From: Octopus vulgaris
Lineage: Eukaryota
NCBI GenBank assembly: GCA_951406725.2
Contig: OX597823.1
Location: 81,096,001-81,160,000 of the forward strand
DNA: 64,000 nucleotides
Direction: 5' to 3'
The position numbers were made by a program, and so were the translations under genes. The stretch's first letter is position 1, and every line of letters begins with the position of its first letter. Below are positions 48,915-62,090 of this stretch, one piece after another. The notes beneath the pieces were generated by a model, which saw only the letters and a program-made list of their open reading frames with translations, was not told where the DNA came from and did no database searches.

Positions 48915-51303
48915 TTAATGTATGAAATTAATTTTGCATGTAATCAGGTTCACATGCAGATAAGAATTCTGAGGACGCATTGTTTAAGAAGACACAGAAA
49001 TGAAACATATCAAATATGAAGCAGAAGGTGTTGCTCATGAAGGTTGTCACAAGTAAGGATAAAGCAAAAGTTTTTTTTCTGCTGGAGACAGCAGGGTTTT
49101 TAGAGTTGTAAGCTTTTAACAGAAATTAGAATTTTAACAATTAATAAACATGCACACACAAATTGGTTCCATTTCACTTCTTTTATTATTATGGCAGCAA
49201 GCACCAGATAAAATACTTACTCTTTACTCTTTTATTTGGCCATGCTGGAGCACCGCCTTTAGTCAAGCAAATTGACCCCAGGACTTATTCTTTGTAAGCC
49301 TAGTACTTATTCTATTGGTCTCTTTTGTTGAACCACTAAGTTACGGGGACGCAAACACACCAGCATCAGTTGTCAAGCGATGTTGGGGGACACATACAAA
49401 CACACACATATACATATATATGATGGGCTTCTTTCAGTTTACCAAATCCACTCACAAGGCTTTGGTCGGCCTGAGGCTATAGTAGAAGACACTTGCCCAA
49501 GGTGCCACGCAGTGGGACTGAACCCAGAACCATGTGATTGGTAAGCAAGCTACTTACCACACAGCCTCTCCTGCGCAGTGGGACTGAACCCAGAACCATG
49601 TGGTTGGTAAGCAAGCTACTTACCACACAGCCACTCCTGCACTTAGTGGTATTTTGGCCAGAGTTCAAATTTCGCCAAGGTCAAATTTACCTTTCATCCT
49701 TTCGGGGTCAATAAAATAAGTACCAGTTGAACACTGGGTCAATGTAATTGATTCATCCCCTACATCAAAATTGCTGCCCTTGTGCCAAAATTTGAAACCA
49801 TTATTATTATTAAGGTGGCATGCTAGCAGAACCGTTAGCAAACTGGACAAAATGCTCAGCAGTATTTTGCCTGTTGGTACATTCTGACTTATAATTCTGC
49901 TGAGGCCGACTTTTCTTTTCCTCCTTTTGGGGGGTCAATAAATTAAGCACCCATGAAACACTGGGGTCGATGTCATCAACTAGTCCCCTCCCCACAAATT
50001 TCAGGCCTTGTGCCTTTAGTAGAAAGGATTATTATCATTATTAGTCAATTGGATAACCATTTAACCAATTAACTAATCAACTGCTTGATTAACCGTTTGG
50101 TCAATCAATGAATCAACTAGATTAGTCAGTCTATTTGTTGTCATTCACATCCTTATCCATGCCTGAATGATTCATCAAATAACTGATTAGTTAATTGGTT
50201 TACCAACTGACCAGTAATAACAATAAAAGAAGTGAAATAGATTCAGTGCCTGTGTTTATTATTGGTATAATGACACCCACAAGAAACAATAAAATCAGCT
50301 TCAACACATGAGTCCACATCAAGAAAATTACAAACCAAAAACAAAAATGCGGAATTTTAATAATTCTTCAGATTATATCTCATTAAATCTAAGCAGCTTA
50401 CACACACATCTCTCAAATATAAGGTGTTCAAATAAACTGTGCCCATCAGACAGATCATTTTGGTTGGTATGCATTTTGTTGAAATGTTATTTACAATGGA
50501 ACAACCCAAAAGACAATTTCTTAATGAGAGGATTATTTGGAAAAGGAGAAAGATGAGTTCTGCAGCAGATGTTCTGATTGATAAAGAAATAACAGAAAAG
50601 AGCTGGACTGTAATCAAAGTAAAAAAGATGTTTATTTTAACCCTTTTGAAATTAACTTTCCTGAAATCACCCTTGGTCCTGTGATACAAACTCCCTGTTG
50701 AAAATTGTCTAAATTAAAGTCTTTCATTAAAACTTCCTGCTAATTTGTAGTCCAAACACCAACTTAATAAAGACAAAGTTATATTACTAAATTCTTCGTT
50801 CTTCATTATTTTTTCATATTATTTGAAACAAAAACGGTGCCTTTCAACAGAAATTTTGGTAGCAAAATGCCTAAAGAATTCAAATAATAAAAAAGATTTT
50901 TGAATTTATGAATATTTTTTCTTTAAATGCAAAACCTGAAGTGTGATAGTTCATAAGTTTGAAGCTTATAATATTTCTTCAAAGGATATTGAAAAAAAAA
51001 AAACTTTAATAAAAATCAAGTGCATACAAACTTTTAACTTATATAATATATTTATGGAATTGTTTGAAGACCAGTGACTGATTCTTTTGCTATTGTTTAC
51101 TTGAAATGAAATGGATGATGAGTGACAACCAATGATAAAATTTTGGGAATAGAGTTGTAGCTTTAAATTTTTCATAAAACTACAACAAATGCACAGAGAA
51201 AAAAAATTAGCTGCAGCCTTACGAATGGGAATGAGGAAAGAATCAAGGAAAAAGAAAGCCATCTGACTTTTTCCTTTATTTCTAAATCCCCACACAATCA
51301 TAC

Positions 51304-51364
51304 CTCTGAGTTTGGGCTTGCAGCAGACTGATCTTGAGAAGATGGATTCAGTGGCATATTGATG
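51304..51364 (-). CDS. RNF115/RNF126-like E3 ligase, internal exon
   Basis: Acceptor ttttctgtttccag, donor GTATGA. Reads (S)INMPLNPSSQDQSAASPNSE. Phase 2/0 fits both neighbours. Confidence 0.75.
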
Positions 51365-53460
51365 CTGGAAACAGAAAATTGAAAGAACACTAGAAATATG
51401 TTCTTTCTGTAAAGGCTATCCAAATGCAAAGCAGTAATTATGTATATACAAACATTAACGATTTTTGGGAAGAACAAATAAAAATTATATGAAATTTTAA
51501 ACTTGATAGTATGATTTTTTTTTGTTCTTTTTTTATATTCTTTTTTTTTTTGCAACCATTTTCTTTCGGTAGAAACTAAAATAATTATGATATGCCCTTC
51601 TGATTTTTTCAGAGTTAAATGCTGTCAACCAAGACAATTGATATCCCACCATTGGTCTATATTGTGCGAACAGCAAAAAAGTGGTCAGTGGTCACCAAGT
51701 TGTAAATAGGTATTGTGCAGAAATACATTGGATCGTTGGGGAAGCAATGTAAAAATTGTATAATTAATGTGTCATTATTAAGCAGTTCCGAGAGAGAATC
51801 CCCCCCATGAGCAGAAAACCTGGAATTCAGTGGATTCTTCCCTGGGTAGAAAATATTTCACTGTTGCTCAGTGCACTTAAAAATTGAGAGGAGCACCTGC
51901 AAGCTACTGTCAAACAGTAGAAATGATTTAAGAGAGAGAGAGGATGGATAAAAGAAGTTTTTTAAAAGTATAACTTTAAAAATTTTTCTCTATGATTCTA
52001 AGTACTAATAAACATTTGAATGTCACAAACCCATACATTGAATTTCATTTACAATAAATACAAAATTGAATTTTTTAAAATTTTCTTTAATGAATATTTC
52101 AAGTAAAAAATAAATTTAATCACAAAGTCAATTCAAAATCACAAAACATGAATATGGTATGATGATAAAGAAAGCCTCACACTAGACTGAATAATTTAGT
52201 AATTTGGTAGTACTAGATTACCAATCAAGTTATCTGTTTAAACATACCTCAGACATTGTGTTACGTCATCGGCAAAGAATGAGTTTATTGCAGATGAATT
52301 TTAACAAAATTTTAAGTGGATCCTGGTTGAGAACCACTGCTCTAGATGGAGGTTCAACTTGCATGAAATAGCAGCGAAATCTCCCTCATATTACACTCTA
52401 CTGTCTTTAAAAAGGAGAACATGTTTGAATAATGACTTCCAAGTCACGCTGCCTTAAGAAAAATGATGTGATAGTCATGACTTAAAACCATCGATCAGGT
52501 CTGACCTAGATTTGCTTAATCAGTTTTCTGGATTCGCTTAATCAGATCTGACCCGGATTAAATGACTAACAACATAACATCTTACTTCACTGCTGAACTT
52601 ACAATACATTTCACTCCTTCTTTACAATTATGTATTCAGCAGCAAGACAGACATCAAGTAATGAAAGTCATTCCACAAGGACTGGTATATGAAAATGAAT
52701 GTAAGACAGCAAAATGAAATTCAGTGCCTGGTTTCTAAAGTGTAAAAGTTAAATTGAGATTTACTGCCGACAGAGGAGAAAAAGTATACCAATAATAAGA
52801 ATTACACAGCAAGTGATTAGAAATTACATTTTATCTATCATCTTAAATTTATAAGATCCTCAATTATTTGTCATACTATTTCAGAGATGCTATTAAAGAC
52901 TTGCTTAAGAATATTAAAAGGAATTGTTTTACATCACATAAATACACATGTAGCAGTCACAGAGATAGATAATATGTAGCCCATTGAAGGTGTTGAGCTG
53001 GCAGAAACATTAGCACGCCGGGCGAAATGCTTAGCAGTATTTCGTCTGTCTGAGTTCAAATTCTGCCGAGGTCGACTTTGCTTTTCATCCTTTCAGGGTT
53101 GATAAATTAAGTACCAGTTATGTACTGTGGTTGATCTAATTGACTGGCTCCCTCCCCAAAAATTTTGGGCCATGTGTCTAGAGTAGAAAAGAATATGTAG
53201 CCCTTTGTTTTCATAACAATTTTGCTTCAGCCTCTGACCCAAATGCATACTGCATTTTTAAATGAAAAAAAATTATCAATATAGGTGTAGGCAACTATGG
53301 TTGTGTCATAAAAAGTTTACTTCCTAGTTAGATTGTTTCAGGTTCGGCCCACTGCATTGCACCATGAGCAAGTGCCTTCTATATTTCTATATAGCCCTGA
53401 GCCAGCCAAAGCCATATGAGTGGATTTGGTAGACAGAAACTGAAACTATATACACGTGTG

Positions 53461-53515
<55 letters not shown>

Positions 53516-53643
53516 CACAACACACATGCACATAGTGTTCTAAATGTAACCAGAACAATGCGTCTCTATGTGATCCTTGCCCAAAACAAACATTAATTGA
53601 AGCTTTTAATTTTTCATTCCTTACTGATATATATATGAGAGAT

Positions 53644-53686
<43 letters not shown>

Positions 53687-54502
53687 ACACACATGTTACT
53701 GTCTCCTAGTCTTTACATTACACAATAGTTGTAAATGAGTGTTATCGTCGTGCAATCAGTGTTGTTCATTTCTTATCTTTCTTGAAAAAAAAATGTTTGG
53801 CCATAGGGAAATATTACCTTACTTGGAAACGGGCAAGGGTCAGGGACAGGAAGGGCATCTGACAATAGAAAATCTGCCTTAACAAATTTCATCTAACCCA
53901 TGCAAGCATGGAAAAGTGGATGTTAAAATAATGATGTTGAATACAGTCTGGGAAAGTCCCAATAACAATGTAAATAAGGGGTTTTAAACATTATTATAAG
54001 CTATTATTTATGACTGAATTCACTTTGTGATACACTGTTAATGAAGACTTATTTACATATTTCTTGATAATTCATCATTAGTAATTGATTGAGAATGTGT
54101 GTAGCAGCTAATGAACATTAATTAGCATAACAGTCAGCCAATAGAGAACTGGTACATGTTCAGTACAAGTGGAAGTCATTTTAATATTTATACAAGACAC
54201 CATCAATAACATTTGTCATTCATATACACTAGATGATGACATGATGCAATATGCCTGACATGTTCAATCATGTGTGTGAGTGTGTGTCTGTGTGTGTAGG
54301 CGTGTGCATGGGAGCAGAATCTCTAAGAGAAATTTTGCAAGGTGGAACAAAACTGCTTTTGAGGTTTCTCTTACCACTTCACAAAATTCAGAAAGGTCAT
54401 ACAGGACTTTTTAGTTTCGATTTTGAGTAAGAGTATTGTCAGATATTTACAAGCCTTCAACTCGATTTTACAAGCCCCAACATAGCTTTTCAGGTCCCTA
54501 CA

Positions 54503-54734
54503 GGCTTCTGCTCGGCTCTGCGGGATCCCTGCTGGTTTCTATTTGGCTCTGCGGGATCCTTACTGGCTTTTACTCGGCTCTGCGAGATTCCTGGTGGCTT
54601 CTACTCAGCTCTGTGGGATCCCTACTGGCTTCTACTTGGCTCTGCAGAATCCCTATTGGCTTCTACTCAGCTCTGCAAGATCCCTGCTGGCTTCTACTCA
54701 GCTCTGTGGGACCCTACTGGCTTATACTCAGCTA
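54503..54734 (+). repeat. 31-bp GC-rich minisatellite, about 7.5 copies
   Basis: Unit consensus GGCTTCTACTCAGCTCTGCGGGATCCCTACT. Confidence 0.92.
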
Positions 54735-55028
54735 AACAGTTCCCTACACAAATGTACAGGCCCCTGCCCAGTTTCACAAGTCCCGATCCAGCTCTATGGA
54801 CCCTTATGTAACTTCCCAACCCGATGTATAATCTGAAACTCTACATTCTACAGGCCTTGTGCATGTGCATGCGTCTTAATGCATGCTGCAAATTTCAAAC
54901 AAGAGCAAAGTTCACAGATTAAGTTGCATGTTGTTTTACAAACCCATATTTTAACTTTAAATGAAATCCAACTCATCTACAAATACATACAATACTTTAA
55001 ATCCTTGATGAACAAAACTCTTCCTTAC

Positions 55029-55120
55029 CTCTGAAAGTCTGGATCATTTGTTGGTGTCGATACCGAATCATCTTCAGCAAGGCTAATGTGAAGACTATTT
55101 AAAAGCATTTCTTCCAAAAA
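55029..55120 (-). CDS. RNF115/RNF126-like E3 ligase, internal exon
   Basis: Acceptor ttttatgtcag, donor GTAAGG. Reads FLEEMLLNSLHISLAEDDSVSTPTNDPDFQ. Phase 0/2. Confidence 0.75.
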
Positions 55121-58092
55121 CTGACATAAAATTGAAATAAACAGATAGTCATTAGCACGTCTATGCTTAAAAACATGTTTCTCACTTGTATCAATGTATT
55201 TTGTACTGCTAATTTAACTTCCTTTTATCAATAAAAAATACTGAAATTATTTGTATAAAAACTAACAACACATTTCTGAATACTTTTCTGAAAGGCAACT
55301 ACAGCTCTCTATTTTAAGACATCATCAACATAGTTTTTTAAATTTCATATGAACATGCTGGTATGAGGATGAATAGAAATTCACTAAGGCATATTTCTCT
55401 TGTCATCTCAATCCCCTATCATATTAGGTGTGGGTGTGGCTGTGTAGTTACGAAGTTTGCTTCGTAATCATGTTGTTCCAAGTTCAATCCTACTGTATGG
55501 TAATTTGAGTATCTTGAGGCATAGTCTCAGGTTCATCCAAGCCATGTAAGTGAAAACGGTAGAGGGAAACCTGTCAGATTGACTGTACCTTTTTGTAAAT
55601 AGAAGAGTTGATTTGTCGCTCCATTTAAAACCACCGACTGGCTCTTGGACTCTCTCTGCGGATTCCATTCTGCTTGTGAACATTCAGACCAGGCGTTCAG
55701 TCTGATGATAATCACTTAGTCATGGTTCCTTTCTCCTATTTGCTCCTAGCAGTCTTGGAGGCCCTGCAAAAAAAGCTATGGGTGCTGTCTTTCCTTTCTC
55801 TGACAAAGTCATAAAAAAAAAATTTGTAATTTAAACAATTTGTATGTATATTCCTTCAGTATTTTGGGTCAATGCTGATAATTGTTAAAAAAAAAAGATA
55901 CACAAATATATATGTGTGTGCATGAATGTATGTATGTATAGCTGTGTGTGTGTGTATTGGTAAACATAGGAATGGCAGTGTAGATAAGAAATCTGCTTCA
56001 CAATCACATGGTTTTGAGTTTAGGCCAGCTATGCAGAACTTTGGGCATCTGTGTTCTTCTATAGCCCTAGTTTGATCCAGGTCTTAAGAGTTAATCTGGT
56101 ACAAAGAAAAACTGTACAAATACCATGTATTTGCGTATGTGTGTGTGTGTGTGTCTATCTGTGTATGTATGTATCCATCATACTTTCATATCCCTTGAGA
56201 CTATACACCAATCAGTTGAGTTTTGTCTTGATGATCTCACCAGTACTACTTCCATGAAAAGAGTATCCAGTACACTTTGTAAAGTGGCCAACATTAGGAA
56301 AGGCATCCAGCTGTAGAAACCATGCTAAGGCAGACACTGGAGTTTGGTGTGGCCCTCTGGCTTGTCAGTTCATGTCAAACCATCCAACCCATGTCCACAT
56401 AGAATAAGGGAAGTTATATGATGATGATAATGATGACAGTGATGTTGATACAGATGTGTATGACTGCCTTGCCAAATCTTCCTTCCACCCTTCATTCTCT
56501 ATCACTCATCTGGCCATCACTTGCCAACTGCAGTTTTCTGCTGCTGTAAACAATGAGGACCGACCTACATATTTTATCATCTTTTCTGTCATACCAAATA
56601 ACTTTCTCACTAACTAAGACCACTTCAATTGACTTCCACCCTTCATTCTTACATTATCCCTCTTCACTCACATTTTACATTGATCACCTAACCCCTTCTA
56701 TGCAACCAAATTATCTCTCCTTCTCCATTAAACTACTTCCTGATTATTTACACATATCACCATACATTCACAGCATCCAGTTGTAGAAACCATGCCAAAT
56801 CAAATTGGAGTCTGGTGCAGCACACCATGCTTGCCAGCATTGGTCAAATCATCCAACCCATGCCAGCATGGACAACGGATGTTAAATGATGATCAGCTCA
56901 CTCTCTTCCCATGCACTATATCTCTCTCCACACACACACACACACTTTCAACTTCTTTTTTCACATTCCTGTAACCTACCCACTAACATCATCTCTTTCT
57001 CTTTATCCAGCTGCTCTTCACCTTCTAGCCATCATCTCCCCCGAACCTTCCATCCAACATACTTTATTATAGACATCCCTCCCACCTCAACACTTGTTCA
57101 TTATTCAATATATTTGCATCACTACCCCATTTCTTACCATCCCTCACGTTCTCCATAAACTCTTACGACTTATATCCAGCATTCCTTCCTCTTCTTCTGA
57201 CCTGCCAGAACCCATCCTTACACTTCATCACCACTATCTTTATTCCTCTTTCCAGCCCCATACCTATTTCTCCCACACATTCTTGTATAGTGTGATCATT
57301 CATTTATGTATTGCAAAAACCTGTTCTGGGTCCTCCATTCACACTCTTAACTTTTCATCACCTAGCATAAAACTGCCTCCTTCAGCTGATGGAGATCTTA
57401 ATCTTGTGAGCTACATGGCAACGTCGCTCGTGCTGGTACCATGAAAAACTACCCAGCACAGTAAGGAAAGTGGCTGATGTTAGGAAGGGTATCCAGTCAT
57501 AGAAACCATGTCAAAGCAGATACTGGAACAAGACAGCACTCTGAACCATTGGATCCTGTTATTCAAGCCTGTGCCAACACAGAAGATGGACATTAAAAGA
57601 TCATGTATCATCATCATCATTTAACATCTGTTTTCCATGCTGGATGGTTTGACAAGAGCTGGTAAGGCTGGAGGATGCACTGGGTTCCATTGTCTACTGT
57701 GGCATGGTTTCTACAGCTGGAAGCCCTTCCTAACACCGACCGTTTTACAAAGTGTACTCGGTGCTTTTTATACTGGTGGTACCAGCAATGTGAAAGCGTG
57801 TATGCATTTGTGAGTGTATGTGCACGTGTGTGACTGCTTACATTCTGCAACTGCTGAGCAGTGGACAGTTTTCTCTATTGTAATTTCTGTCAAGAAATTG
57901 CCTGGCAGCTTTAATGCTTTCAAAAGGGAGTGGAATGAAAAGATCTTTACTTGAAAACCAGTAAGGGTTAGGAGCAGCTGTACAGCAATGCCTCAACAAG
58001 ATGTAGTTGTTAAATCAATGCTAATATAGAAAAATGTATGTAAAACAAATGAACAAATAACATATAAAGATATAATATATATATATATATAT

Positions 58093-58655
58093 ATATCAAT
58101 TTAAATATACAACTGAAAGAGCTACTAATTGTTTCATACTCTTATAATAGTTGAACAGCCATATTTATGAAATGTGCCATGTATCTTAAAGCAAGTGGAG
58201 GCACGTGGCTTAGTGGTTAGGGTGTCAGCATCATGATCATAAGATTGTAGTTTCGATTCCTGGACCGGGCGATACGTTGTGTTCTTGAGCAAAACACTTC
58301 ATTTCATGTTGCTCCAGTCCACTCAGCTGGCAAAAATGAGTAACGCTGTGATGGACTGGCGTCCCATCCAGCTGGGGAGCACATACGCTATTGAAACCGG
58401 GCCCATGAGCCTGGATAGGCTTTAAAAGGGCGCATTTATTTTATTATCTTAGAACAAACCTTTATATAATGCATAAACAGAGCCCAAAAGATTGCTTTAA
58501 GATACATGGCGTATTTTATAAATATGCCTGTTCAAGTATCATAAAAGCATGTAAATATTAATAGCTTTTTCGGTTGTGTATTTAAATTGATATTTAGCTC
58601 TCACTGGATGGAGTACTTTTTTTGTTGATTCTACCTCCATTGGATCTTTAAACGA
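58093..58655. mobile_element. Fold-back element with ~100-bp inverted arms, interrupted by a tRNA-SINE (58197-58445)
   Basis: 58093-58194 is an imperfect reverse complement of 58492-58593. Both ends abut (TA)n. Confidence 0.7.
58197..58445 (+). mobile_element. tRNA-derived SINE family C
   Basis: Head GTGGCTTAGTGGTTAGGG…GTTTCGATTCC and core TTCTTGAGCAAAACACTTCATTTCA..TTGCTCCAGTCCACTCAGCTG. Relatives near 5200-5520(-), 9733-9960(+), 32167-32290(+), 43630-43968(-). Confidence 0.8.
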
Positions 58656-58758
58656 ATATATATATGTAAACATATATATACACACACACATACATACTTA
58701 ATTATATATATACATATGCATATTGACGATCTATGACAATGGTTGTATAGATTTCCTT

Positions 58759-58811
<53 letters not shown>

Positions 58812-58877
58812 AGGCAATTCTCTTATTATAAAATTTTAGATTCAAAAGACAGCATAAGTGAGAAAAACACAGCTTAC

Positions 58878-58927
58878 CTGGCGTATTCGTCGCGTTGATT
58901 CACGCGGGATATTGAACGACATGGTTA
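58878..58927 (-). CDS. RNF115/RNF126-like E3 ligase, most 5' exon found (in-frame ATG at 58922; may be an internal phase-1 exon)
   Basis: Acceptor ttattctttacag, donor GTAAGC. CpG-rich relative to its flanks. Reads (xT)MSFNIPRESTRRIRQ. Phase-0 end joins the 55120 exon. Having an acceptor implies further upstream exon(s). Confidence 0.7.
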
Positions 58928-59125
58928 CTGTAAAGAATAACAGAAGGCATGGTAAGTTAATGAAACACAAAAAAAGTGGATGCTATATCTAAGTGATTAC
59001 TAAGAAAGGGCTGGAAATAAACTAATATATAATTAGTGACATAGAAGTATATATGTTATAAATGTAAGTCATAGGCAATATAACATGTATGCACACACTA
59101 TATATACATACACACACACACACAT

Positions 59126-59167
<42 letters not shown>

Positions 59168-59862
59168 TACATACATAAGAATTTTTTGTGTAATGAGATA
59201 AAAAACCAAGGCTGTGAAGATATTAGAACATTTATAGATTCTATCTATAATTGTTCTAGTATCTACACAGCCTTGGTTTTTTATCTCATTACACAAAAAA
59301 TTCTTATATACACATGCTGACATAGAACCAATGTTGAACCCATTATTGCAAAATAACTGAATTTAGAACTTTGGCCTGTCTATAGCACTTATTCAGCACT
59401 ACCTGACACCTTTGGGTCTCAATGACACCATTATCTCTTATAACCTAAACTTCTGGTTATATACATATATATATGTATATACATATACATACAAAAACAC
59501 ACTATATAAATAAGTATATATATATACATACACACTATATAAATATTACATATACACACACACAGACACACTATATAAATACATATATATATATACGCAC
59601 ACACAGACACACTATATAAATATATATATACATAAAGGCGGCGAGCTGGCAGACACGTTAGCGTGCCGGGCGAAGTGCTTAACGGTATTTCGTCTCTCGT
59701 TATGTTCTGAGTTCAAATTCCACCGAGGTCAACTTTGCCTTTCATCCTTTCGGGGTTGATAAATAAAGTACCAGTTTCGCACTGGGGTCGATATAATCGA
59801 CTCAATCCCTTCGTCTGTCCTTGTTTGTCCCCTCTATGTTTAGCCCCTTCTGGGCAATAAAG

Positions 59863-59900
<38 letters not shown>

Positions 59901-60104
59901 TTTTACTTGTTTCAGTCATTTGACTGCGGCCATGCTGGAGCACCGCCTTTAATCGAGCAACTCAACTCCGGGACTTATTCTTTTTGTAAGCCCAGTACTT
60001 ATTCTATCGGTATCTTTTGCCGAACTGCTAAGTAACGGGGACATAAACACACCAGCATCGGTTGTCAAGCAATGCTAGGGGGACAAACACAGACACACAA
60101 ACAA

Positions 60105-60163
<59 letters not shown>

Positions 60164-60332
60164 CATATATACGGCAGGCTTCTTTCAGTTTCCATCTGCC
60201 AAATCGACTCACAAGGCATTGGTCAGCCCGGGGCTATAGCAGAAGACACTTGCCCAAGATGCCACGCAGTGGGACTGAACCCGGAACCATGTGGTTGGTT
60301 AGCAAGCTACTTACCACACAGCCACTCCTGCG

Positions 60333-60394
<62 letters not shown>

Positions 60395-60547
60395 TTTCTG
60401 TCAGTCCACTTCCTCGCTTTCAACATGTGTAAATTATAAAGAGATGATTTGGAGTGGTTAGAGGGATTTAGCATCTATCTTCAGCATATAGGCTTAATTA
60501 TAATTGTATTTTATACTATTACAAATCTCTATATATGAATTTACCTA

Positions 60548-60578
<31 letters not shown>

Positions 60579-60599
60579 GTGAATTATAATTATTACTTA

Positions 60600-62090
60600 A
60601 GTCTAGAAATACCCTGTTCTTCAATTCAGCTGGGGAATTCACCATGATAGCAATACAAGCCAAATTGATATCACCATTCTCATCAAATGGTGCTTGCTCA
60701 TTTCCTAATTGGAGGAGCCAGGTTGAGAACTGTTCTGCACATTAGTTCCCATGTAATAAAACTGACACATTAGTATTGAAGGAGAATTTCAGTACTTTAT
60801 TCCATAGGTGTGAAAACTTAATACATGCTTTTATTTCATCAGATCTCGTTTGTTATGGAATGGCTGGTAATGTCTGTCTGAAGTATCCTGACAAAATTAA
60901 TGTAATTCCTCCCATAGATTTATTGTTGCCTCTTATGTCCTGTAAGGTGTTATCAAGAGCTTCCTTTGAACCTCTATATAACATGGTGCATTCATCCCAA
61001 ATTATCAGGCGGCATTGGCACACCACTTCTGCTGAACTGAACCTTTGCTTATGCTACAAATTGGACTGTCATTTGTGACCAGGTTTAGAGGTAATTTAAA
61101 AGCAGAATGAGTTGTTCGTCCTCCTGGGACAATGGTGGTAGCAAAGCCAGATGATGCTACAGCAACTGCAATTCTGTTTTGTTGCCTTACCTTGGAGAGA
61201 AGCAATGTTGTTACAAATGTTTTACCTGTGCTACCAGAAGCATCAAGAAAGAAAATTCCTTTTTGTCTCTGATTGATGAAATAATTTTATCATATGCACA
61301 GTGTTGTTCAGGAAGGAGTTTAAGTTCATGTTCATTCACAAATGCAACCAACTCAGTGATGTCAATCTCTTTTGCTATGTCTCTTGGAATTAAATCACTA
61401 ATTTGACGGTTTATTTTTGGCAGTCCAGAGCCAGACTTGCAAATTTTTGCTTCCCATGGCCAAAAAACCTGATCTTCAGTTTCAATCAGCGCTTGGTTAA
61501 CTGGAGAACTGAATATTGATATCTGGGTTTGCCTGTTGAACTGCATACTTTAAGTCCTCAGCCTTGTCTTCACGCTGTTTCATCCAAAGCTGTAGGGGAC
61601 TGCCAAGTTGATACATGTTCAGTATAACTGCAAAAAGGTTACCGAGTTTCCTTGGAGAATCTGATACTGATGCTTCAGTCAATGCAAGGTCCCAATGCTC
61701 ATCATTTTCTAAAAAAACCTTGTTCATAGCATACTTCCCTATAAGTTTCACACACATGAACAATTGAATCTGGGAATGATTTGGGACCACATACTTCATG
61801 CAAAAGGAGCCATAAGTAGTAGCATTCTGCTTGGCTTGACACTGTAAACTCTTGCAAGAGCATCAGCCCCCACCTTTCCTCTTGTGCCATTTATTGTTTC
61901 TCCAGGTGTAATACTTGGGTAATTGCAAGTAAAGGAGTTTTCTTGCATCTTCATCTACTTGCCACAACTTAAAAAAGGCAGTAAGAGTAATTTCTTTTAG
62001 AGAAAGTGCTTGTTGCAAGGTTGTTTGCTTTGTAAAGACAACTCTATGACCATTCTCTAGAAGGACATTCAAATATTGCAGACCAAGCTT
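60600..62090 (-). mobile_element. Degenerate Helitron Rep/PIF1-helicase coding remnant
   Basis: Frameshifted fragments LENGHRVVF, LTAFFKL…ARKLLY..LPKYYTW, ECYYLWLLLHEVCGPKSF, LENDEHWDLALTEA…LFAVIL, IAVAVASSGFATTIVPGGRTTHSAFKLPL and IIWDECTM…GGITLILSGYFRQTLP. Confidence 0.9.

Noticed and set aside
54503-54734. Regular ~31-bp repeats suggesting a CRISPR array, and ORFs 54436..54735 and 54543..54836
   Set aside because: No unique spacers, no cas genes, and a eukaryotic intron context. The unit length is not a multiple of 3.
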